NCBI GenBank assembly: GCA_018060845.1
Contig: JAGOVG010000001.1
Location: 86,070-150,069 of the forward strand
Direction of reading: 5' to 3'
Source of the DNA: Candidatus Woesebacteria bacterium
Lineage (GTDB): Bacteria > Patescibacteriota > Microgenomatia > UBA1400 > UBA12108
Length of the DNA stretch: 64,000 nt
Position 1 is the stretch's first letter; every line of letters starts with the position of its first letter. This document shows positions 57,126 to 64,000 of the stretch, in pieces. The notes under the pieces are model-generated. The model was given only the letters and a program-made list of their open reading frames with translations. It was not told the origin of the DNA and did not search any database. The position numbers were made by a program, and so were the translations under genes.

Positions 57126-57731
57126 TTAGTTGGAGAAGGAGTAAGTGTGGCTATCTGGGTCTAGTCCATTTTCTTTGACCCAGTCCCTTAAAGAGTTGAT
57201 GATCTCGCTTCGTTCTTCGACCCCCTCTTTAAGAGTGATTTCGAATGCCATTGGGGATTTGTACATAACAGTAAAACCTGGTGCTTCGTAGGGTATTTTG
57301 GCGGCCAGAGGGTAATCGCGCGCAATCTCCTCTCCCACCTCTTGGGCGTGACGAGGATCGCTTTGTTGTGGTTTAACTGTATAGGTGAGAGATGCGATTG
57401 GATTATTTTGATAACTTATATTTAGTAAATACTGTGTGTTGATAAGGAGGTATTTTTTGGACTTAAGTATTACGCTACCATTCGATTTAAGAGATATATC
57501 CCAATCTTCTTCGGGAATGGAGTTCACTACGAGCTCGTCTGGGTTGATATCCTTATCAAACCTGAGTTGTATCTCGTCAAAATAATTAATAGAAGATCGA
57601 TCTTTGGGGGTGCTGTTTAGTAGAGATGGGGCGGGTGGGGTGGGGCGATAGAAAAGAGAAAATAGAAGTGTGGCTAGAGCTACAACACCAAGAGTAATTA
57701 GAGTTAATTTGTTGGTCAAAATTTTGTACAT
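57126..57731 (-). CDS. Membrane-anchored hypothetical protein (possible VirB8-like component)
   Basis: N-terminal TM helix plus about 170-aa periplasmic/extracellular domain. The VirB8 role is assigned from position only. Confidence 0.35.
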   Translation of the reverse strand: MYKILTNKLTLITLGVVALATLLFSLFYRPTPPAPSLLNSTPKDRSSINYFDEIQLRFDKDINPDELVVNSIPEEDWDISLKSNGSVILKSKKYLLINTQYLLNISYQNNPIASLTYTVKPQQSDPRHAQEVGEEIARDYPLAAKIPYEAPGFTVMYKSPMAFEITLKEGVEERSEIINSLRDWVKENGLDPDSHTYSFSN

Positions 57732-57745
57732 AGGTATATTCTAGC

Positions 57746-60592
57746 TTAGATTTTTTTTAGACACCCCGCGATTTTACTACTTAACCAAGTGCCGCTACCT
57801 GGGCCTCTTACAACGCCTGGACCTGCTCCGTTTGCATCGGATACTTGAGAGGTTGCACCACCATTCTTGATAAAGATTCCAGTGTGACCCCAAGTGCCAG
57901 TAGTATCGACAAAGAAGTCTCCTGGTGAGCAGCTGCCGACACCAAGAACAGGCTTATACCCGCTAGGAGGGTTAGATAATAGAGTTTTTGCATCTCCAAA
58001 GCCTGTGCCAGTGCCTCCGTTTGCAACATCGATCGCGACAATAAAGCCCACACACTGTAGGACACTATAGTTGGTGGCTGAATATTGTAGCGCTGCTAGG
58101 GAGCTCTGGGCCAATGTACTCGCCAACATACACTGCCAAGTAGACCCCTGAGCATTGCTAGCAGTTAATGGATTAATACTACATTTACTTAATATTTCGG
58201 CGATACAGGCTGCTGTTTGGATGCGAGAGTTGTTCTGACCTCCTCCCTCGCCTGAGTTACAGAGAATATTGCCGATAAATTCGCCCAGGCCTGAGTCTAA
58301 GTTTATACTAACATCGAGTCGAAAAGTGTTTTTTATGTTATTTTGAGTAAAACTGGTTATAAATGGCAAGCTCACACTTAGGACAAAGGCAACAAGCAAA
58401 TTGATGAATGCTCCAGAGATCAGTCCTGATACTGTAGTAAAAAATCCCAATATTGCCGCTGGAATACCAAGTAGTACTGCACCGATCGCAGCACCACCAA
58501 GTATTATGCTTTCACGAAAGTTGCTGTTTGATATAAACTCTTTTAGTAGCCCCCAACCTAGTTTGAATAGTTCAATGACTGTTTGAATAGCAAAAACCAC
58601 TGTTAATGCAATGCCCACACCCGACAGTGCAGAGAATAGTGCCAAGACAGTCTTTGACCCGGCGCGCGCTAGAGATCTCCCGCCCAATTTTAGTAGTAGT
58701 CTTGTGACAGTTCTTTTTACAGAAACTCCTGAATACTTAAAAACGGATGTAAGTCCGACCTTGGCTATCCCCCACTTGATTGCAGAACTCCAGGCTGCTT
58801 TGCGGATGTGTGCGAGAGCACCGTTATAGGTATATCCACCGAGCTCGTACTGTCTAAATGACCAGTTAACGAGAGAGCCAAAACCCGTACTAGTTTTTGT
58901 ACTAGATATTATGGATTTTACAGATGATTTTTTAAACTGTTTGAGCTGATCGGTAACCCATGGAAAAATCTTAAAAAGAGGGATCTTGGTGCCAGGAATA
59001 CTAAAATTAGTCGAAAACTCGTCCCACTTACTATATATAAACTCATGAAGTTTTTTGCCAGTAACAATGCTTTCAAAGTCAAACCACTTTTCCCAGCCCA
59101 ACCTCTGTGCCTCCGTTAATCCAGAGCGTAGTTCTAATACAAATCTTCCAAACTGAGTCCTTTTAAGTAGACGAGCTTGTTTTGGGGTTAGGTTCTTATA
59201 ATAATATTCGTAGTCGCTAAGCGATCTAATTTTTCTTATTTTTTGTATGTTGGGAGAAGGAGAATTTAACTCATGTTCTTCGAGTTGTTTGAGAGTGGTG
59301 AGTCTGCTATTACCACTTAGGTTGTTGGCTTGGTTATATTCGTTAATGAGCGAATTAGTCTCAAAACCTAGTTTTAGCTTTGATTTAAATGAATAAAATG
59401 GGTTTATTCCTAGTTTAATTAGTTTTAACTCAGCTCTAGTTAGTGCGTGACCGTTGACCAATAGAGACATCTCATTCTGTCTATATTCAATTACTGAATC
59501 GAGGCCTGTCTCTCTTAAGCTTTTTTTAATTAACAATAAAGTAGCAGCGTCTAGATTTTTTAACCCAAGTTTTTTTGAGACTTTTTTTGATGCCAGTATT
59601 AGTAGTTGGTCTGATGTAAGTTGTTGGGCAGAGGACATCGTGATCTCTGTAAGAATGCTCTCAGAGATAAGATCTCGTTCTTTTTGGCTAAGGTTGGGTG
59701 GGAGCGCTGACTTGATTTCTGATAGGAGAGCTTGTTGTCCAGGGATAAAATCGGTACTACTAGTGGATGCTGCAACCTGAGCTCTTTTATACTCAGAGAG
59801 GGGGGTAGAACTGTTGTCAAAGTATCCTACCTTAATCCTGTTAACATAATTTCTGACTAGTGTTCCGGCTTGTCTGTCATTAATAAAATTGAGAAGGCCC
59901 GATGCATCTGGATTTTCTTCTTTGATTATCTTGAATAGTTCCTTAGTAACTGCAAAGTCCCTTCTTTCGTCACTATCACCAACCGAACCGGCTGAGTACA
60001 GCCTATCAAAATTTTTACAGATGATTTGAGCAAGCAAAGTTTTCGTTAGATTGTGTTGATTTTGATCAAGGCCATTGGGAACTAGTGTGCTTAGAACATT
60101 ACCAGGTACACCAGATTGTGAATACCGAAGTAATTTAAAATAGAGCCGATTATACTCATCGAACGCCTTGCCGGTATCAAATCTAGAAGGTTGAGCTGAA
60201 TTTATTGACTGCTGTTGCTTGCGATAGGTTTCGAGGTTGCTAATCCTGGTTGCGTTGAGTAGTTTATGTGGATCAGCAATGCGGTTCGAGTATACTAGCT
60301 GTGCATATCTGGCAAACTCAGCAAAACTGTTAATTGATAATAATACTCTTTTATCTTTTGTTAGGAGATTTTCTGTTGAATCTAAATATTCAACTACCAT
60401 TTTTTTGGCTTCGTCGAGAGAGATATACTCTGGGCTTTGAGTAGAGGATGGCAGCTCGACCCCTCTACTACCAGCTGCAATCCTGCCTTGTGTTTCTAGT
60501 CCTGGTAGTAGGTAGTTTTCGATTAGATAGCGATCACAACCACCGTTTATTCGATAATAGCTAGTTTGGTTGAAGAGACTAGGGTTTGCCAT
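57746..60592 (-). CDS. Large T4SS-associated protein: N-terminal soluble domain, VirB6-like multi-TM region, C-terminal CHAP peptidoglycan hydrolase domain
   Basis: 948 aa. Cluster of 5-6 TM helices at aa 640-760. C-terminal CHAP-like Cys/His (LQCVGFIVAID ... GDFFVDTTGTWGHTGIFIKN). Confidence 0.55.
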   Translation of the reverse strand: MANPSLFNQTSYYRINGGCDRYLIENYLLPGLETQGRIAAGSRGVELPSSTQSPEYISLDEAKKMVVEYLDSTENLLTKDKRVLLSINSFAEFARYAQLVYSNRIADPHKLLNATRISNLETYRKQQQSINSAQPSRFDTGKAFDEYNRLYFKLLRYSQSGVPGNVLSTLVPNGLDQNQHNLTKTLLAQIICKNFDRLYSAGSVGDSDERRDFAVTKELFKIIKEENPDASGLLNFINDRQAGTLVRNYVNRIKVGYFDNSSTPLSEYKRAQVAASTSSTDFIPGQQALLSEIKSALPPNLSQKERDLISESILTEITMSSAQQLTSDQLLILASKKVSKKLGLKNLDAATLLLIKKSLRETGLDSVIEYRQNEMSLLVNGHALTRAELKLIKLGINPFYSFKSKLKLGFETNSLINEYNQANNLSGNSRLTTLKQLEEHELNSPSPNIQKIRKIRSLSDYEYYYKNLTPKQARLLKRTQFGRFVLELRSGLTEAQRLGWEKWFDFESIVTGKKLHEFIYSKWDEFSTNFSIPGTKIPLFKIFPWVTDQLKQFKKSSVKSIISSTKTSTGFGSLVNWSFRQYELGGYTYNGALAHIRKAAWSSAIKWGIAKVGLTSVFKYSGVSVKRTVTRLLLKLGGRSLARAGSKTVLALFSALSGVGIALTVVFAIQTVIELFKLGWGLLKEFISNSNFRESIILGGAAIGAVLLGIPAAILGFFTTVSGLISGAFINLLVAFVLSVSLPFITSFTQNNIKNTFRLDVSINLDSGLGEFIGNILCNSGEGGGQNNSRIQTAACIAEILSKCSINPLTASNAQGSTWQCMLASTLAQSSLAALQYSATNYSVLQCVGFIVAIDVANGGTGTGFGDAKTLLSNPPSGYKPVLGVGSCSPGDFFVDTTGTWGHTGIFIKNGGATSQVSDANGAGPGVVRGPGSGTWLSSKIAGCLKKI

Positions 60593-60640
60593 ATCATTTA
60601 TTTTAGCATTGAAATTTGTCTGGTGTGGTAAAATTGTGAT

Positions 60641-63600
60641 ATGCCACCAAGCCCAGAAAAAACACTAGTTAGACCTACTGAAAAAAGGATTGCTGATTCT
60701 GTTGTTGGCCAGCCAAAAAAAGAAGCAGAGAATGCAATTATCGAGTTTTTTAAGAAACTGATTACCCAAGGTGATCTAGAACAGAGCACCAAGGCACTAG
60801 CCGAGCTAGAGAAGAAGACCAAATGGGATGAAGGTGATTTAAAGCTAATCAGTGGTCTGCGAAAAAGAGTGGTAGAACGAAAAGCAGTAATTGATGATGC
60901 GGTAGGGAAGATTTTTGAAAAGGCAAAGGGTGGAGCTGCTGACGTGAGACTAGCCAAGCAAGAGGCTGCTAAACTCTTAAAAGAGCACGGTCAAGATCTA
61001 GCGTTTGCTCGATCTCCAGACGAACGAAAAAAACTTAAGGCATTTGTAGAGCAATCGATACATGTATTTGGGCAAATAGAACGAGGTCCGGTTAAGCTAG
61101 ACGACGCTAACTCACTAGAGTATGCAAAGGTCGTGGTTACTGCCAAGAGGTACGAGAATATGGGTGTTGATAGAGAAGAGTTTGAAGTAAGAGCAGAGCA
61201 GCTACAAAGCACTATCGAGAGAGAAACTACTATAGTAAGCATGCATACAATAATGGCGGGTGCACCTAACGCAAATCCCAGGAATCAGGCTAAACATGAT
61301 AGAGAGAAAAGAGAAAAGGTTACCCTTAAAGACATAGGGTTGCGTGGAACAGATGAGATAGATAATAGACGAAAATCTTTTAGAGCTGAGGCGTTGAGAC
61401 TTAGGGTTAGGAATACGATGACGAACAGAATAGATGAGTTTTATGGAGATGGAGCCAACGACCCCAAAGACTCAGATTATTGGAACAGGATAGAAGAGCG
61501 CGTTGAGGCTATAACTAAGAAAAGCCAAACTGGATATGATGTACCAATTGACGAGCAAAAAGAGCAGTTGAGAGCAGTCGCTGAATGGATAAGAGAGGCT
61601 CGTAAACCGATGGCAAAGGTAAAAGAAAGAGCGATTTTAGAGAATATAGACCAAAATTTGTTGGCAAATACACCAAGAGCTAAGAGTAAGATTAAAGAGA
61701 GAGGGGTACTACTCGAATCGTTGAAAGGTAGTGCAAGAGAGCGAGTATTAGCAGCTGTGAGTTATGTTGAGATATCAACCGATCCAGCTACTGCTGCCAG
61801 AGGCGTCGAACTAATCGCTGAAGCACTGGAGCCTGGTTCGAGAACTGGTACTCACCCAATCATTTTTAATGAAGCGGCGCGGATATATGGCAACCTAAGG
61901 AACTGGGATCAGATAAACGGCGAGTTTGAACAAGCTATATTTAACACTCAGCGCAGCGTAGAGACAAAACTACTTAATCTTCATAGTGGTTCAGAAAAGT
62001 TGTTGCTTGAGCAATATGGGATTGACGCTAAATATACGATGACTGACGCACAGTGGGGTCTCATGCATGGACTAGTAGCGCCTGGTATGGATAATGCTGA
62101 AGGCAAGTTAAACATGACTCCGAGAGGTAAAGAAAAGATCGAATTTATCCGTGCCAATTATTCTAGACAAGAAGAATATATAGATAACACGGGAGCTGTT
62201 GTAAAGAAATACTTGGACAATGATATGTATTCGGAATATGAGCGTATGAAAAGAGATGGTCAAATGCCAAGCAGTGTCAAGGATAGGATGAATCAGCGTG
62301 GAATGATGGCACAGATGTTTGACATACAGTATGAAGAGTTAATCGCCCGCAAAACCCCACCAGATGTGGCGGAGCGGATAATGCAGGGTAAGATCCACGA
62401 ACGAATAGAGTCGTTAGTTTTTCAGATAATGCGTACTCAAGACGGGTCTCGTGAGGCAGTGAACCAAATGTCTTCATGGGAACTATTTGAATTATTTGGA
62501 CACCGTTTTGTCGGCTCTGATGCCCGAGACCTCTGGCAGGCGCGACTAGGGTTGTACGATGTGTCCGTCTATGCAGGTAGCGCAGAGTCGATTGAGGATT
62601 GGTCAAAAATTGCCTCATTTATGCCAAAGGAGTTTTTGTGGATGGTGTTTGATGAGGATACAATTAAAAATGTTATTCAGTTCCAAGTTGAAAATCCGTC
62701 GACTGGTGTCAAAGAGCTCAAATCAGTTTCTCTAAGTATGAAGGGGATGTTGAGTGCATTAGAAATGAAGGTGCCAGGAACAGATAAGAGTGCACGCGAA
62801 ATCTGGATGGGTGAGATACTGGGATCGGATGATATGAGTAAGATTGATCGGAATAAGAGACGTTTTTTTGCTTTTGCACTGGGACAGCAGATGGGGGTAG
62901 AGTTTGAGATGGTGGGCGACAAATTTCAGGTTAAGAACAACCCCGCTAATAATGAGCGCGCGAGGATTGGAATAGAGCAGGGTAAAGAAATAATGATCTT
63001 AAATATGGTAGGACTAGACAGTAATGGAGAAGTAGTTAAGATTGACTACTTTAAGAACCTGACCAGCGGAGATGAAGTAAAGGCGACAAGAATGCTAGCT
63101 GATTTTGAAAAGAACGACATCTGGGGTCAGTATGGTTGGTATGTTAATAACGCTCTCATGTTTAATCATCTAACTCTTAATTCGGTTGAGTTAGAGCGTG
63201 GTGGCAACTCCAAGGGGATGTGGAAATATATGCCCAATGTGCTACGCAAGTTACATGGGGCGGCAATGAAACATTATTTTAATCAGAAAGACATGGGGAT
63301 GGTGCATGCGCGCGAGATGGTGGATTCTTATTGGAGGTCTTTTGTCGCCTGGAAATTGAGGAGTGGTGTATTTTCGGGGAACGAGAATTCTGTTGGCGAC
63401 ATTAAGGAGGCGGTTAAAAGAGGAGGAGTGGGTATAGCGGGAGGAGTAAAGTGGTCAAGAAAACATCGCGAGGGAATTTTGGCTGGAGTTGGGATAGGTG
63501 AAGTAGAAGAAGTTGGTTTTGATCAGCTCTACTACGAAGTAGCTTTTTCTGAAGACCTACAAAATAATGAAGGTGTTAGTGGTTCTTTGAGAAGCATAGA

Positions 63601-64000
63601 GGATGTTAGAAATCTCGCTACGGCTGAGGGTATTAAAACCGATGCTTATAAACGAATTGTAGAGAAATGGAAAAAGTTTGATACGACTGGAGCATTTAAC
63701 TGGGGGCCGCTACTAGAGGCCATGGGAATCACGAGTCTTCCGACAGTTACAGGAGAGAGTGGCCTCAGGTTATTTTTGCAGAACTACGATAAATATAAAC
63801 TAATGAACTGGAAGGGTGTGCAACATAGTGATTGGCGCGATTTTATTAAATATACCGGCAAATCTAACGAAACATTTAACAACCTTATTCCTGTTACTGA
63901 GCATCCCGGTAGTGATGAGTTAATATCCAAGATCGCTCGACATATTGAAGGATACTTGGGCATAAAAGGAAAGGAAGCCTTTGCTACCAAATATGCCTCT
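60641..64000 (+). CDS. Giant hypothetical protein (N-terminal 1120 aa; ORF runs off the window end)
   Basis: Continuous open frame from ATG 60641 to the window edge, translated manually with no stops. Lys/Glu-rich and helical, with no Walker or relaxase motifs. Divergent from the VirB6-CHAP gene. Confidence 0.5.
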   Translation, partial: MPPSPEKTLVRPTEKRIADSVVGQPKKEAENAIIEFFKKLITQGDLEQSTKALAELEKKTKWDEGDLKLISGLRKRVVERKAVIDDAVGKIFEKAKGGAADVRLAKQEAAKLLKEHGQDLAFARSPDERKKLKAFVEQSIHVFGQIERGPVKLDDANSLEYAKVVVTAKRYENMGVDREEFEVRAEQLQSTIERETTIVSMHTIMAGAPNANPRNQAKHDREKREKVTLKDIGLRGTDEIDNRRKSFRAEALRLRVRNTMTNRIDEFYGDGANDPKDSDYWNRIEERVEAITKKSQTGYDVPIDEQKEQLRAVAEWIREARKPMAKVKERAILENIDQNLLANTPRAKSKIKERGVLLESLKGSARERVLAAVSYVEISTDPATAARGVELIAEALEPGSRTGTHPIIFNEAARIYGNLRNWDQINGEFEQAIFNTQRSVETKLLNLHSGSEKLLLEQYGIDAKYTMTDAQWGLMHGLVAPGMDNAEGKLNMTPRGKEKIEFIRANYSRQEEYIDNTGAVVKKYLDNDMYSEYERMKRDGQMPSSVKDRMNQRGMMAQMFDIQYEELIARKTPPDVAERIMQGKIHERIESLVFQIMRTQDGSREAVNQMSSWELFELFGHRFVGSDARDLWQARLGLYDVSVYAGSAESIEDWSKIASFMPKEFLWMVFDEDTIKNVIQFQVENPSTGVKELKSVSLSMKGMLSALEMKVPGTDKSAREIWMGEILGSDDMSKIDRNKRRFFAFALGQQMGVEFEMVGDKFQVKNNPANNERARIGIEQGKEIMILNMVGLDSNGEVVKIDYFKNLTSGDEVKATRMLADFEKNDIWGQYGWYVNNALMFNHLTLNSVELERGGNSKGMWKYMPNVLRKLHGAAMKHYFNQKDMGMVHAREMVDSYWRSFVAWKLRSGVFSGNENSVGDIKEAVKRGGVGIAGGVKWSRKHREGILAGVGIGEVEEVGFDQLYYEVAFSEDLQNNEGVSGSLRSIEDVRNLATAEGIKTDAYKRIVEKWKKFDTTGAFNWGPLLEAMGITSLPTVTGESGLRLFLQNYDKYKLMNWKGVQHSDWRDFIKYTGKSNETFNNLIPVTEHPGSDELISKIARHIEGYLGIKGKEAFATKYAS

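Noticed and set aside
60598-61242. Two minus-strand ORFs (119 and 83 aa) with Ser/Ala/Leu low-complexity products
   Set aside because: They lie antisense to a continuous open frame of more than 1100 codons on the + strand, which is the more plausible gene.

Overview
This 64-kb window looks like a small, streamlined bacterial genome, probably a Patescibacteria/CPR (Saccharibacteria-like) lineage. That lineage call is inference from gene content and from compact versions of conserved proteins. Coding is dense and mostly on the minus strand, and there are no CRISPR arrays, rRNAs or transposases.

Conserved landmarks:
- The replication-origin cluster rpmH-rnpA-yidD-yidC-jag runs divergently from dnaA-dnaN (49.5-53.1 kb), with a DnaA-box-rich oriC between dnaA and dnaN.
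- groES-groEL sits behind a CIRCE-like operator, and a near-identical operator variant lies in front of an Hsp20 gene.
- Housekeeping genes present are GAPDH, UMP kinase, valS, rplY, RNase HI and tRNA-Cys(GCA).

Accessory content, in window order:
- An AT-rich free-standing LAGLIDADG homing endonuclease sits next to tRNA-Cys.
- A tandemly duplicated cassette pairs a small membrane-anchored protein with a giant Thr-rich, Cys-rich surface protein. One copy ends in a papain/C39-like cysteine peptidase domain.
- A complete ATP-citrate lyase is encoded as three adjacent ORFs, which is unexpected in a reduced genome.
- Around 27.8-41.2 kb lies an expanded array of TrmB-like regulators paired with MFS and EamA/DMT transporters. 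A BrnT/BrnA toxin-antitoxin pair, a PIG-L deacetylase and an Ntn-hydrolase-like gene are embedded in it.
- Around 53-64 kb lies a Gram-positive-style type IV secretion-like cluster: a VirB4 ATPase, a PrgI/VirB3-like protein, a VirB6-like multi-TM protein fused to a CHAP hydrolase, and a divergent giant ORF running off the window. A conserved ~45-bp element lies between its genes.
- A dispersed family of short tandem heptamer repeats (CCGTAAA, CCGTATAG, GAAAATC) occurs in-frame inside unrelated genes and in intergenic DNA.
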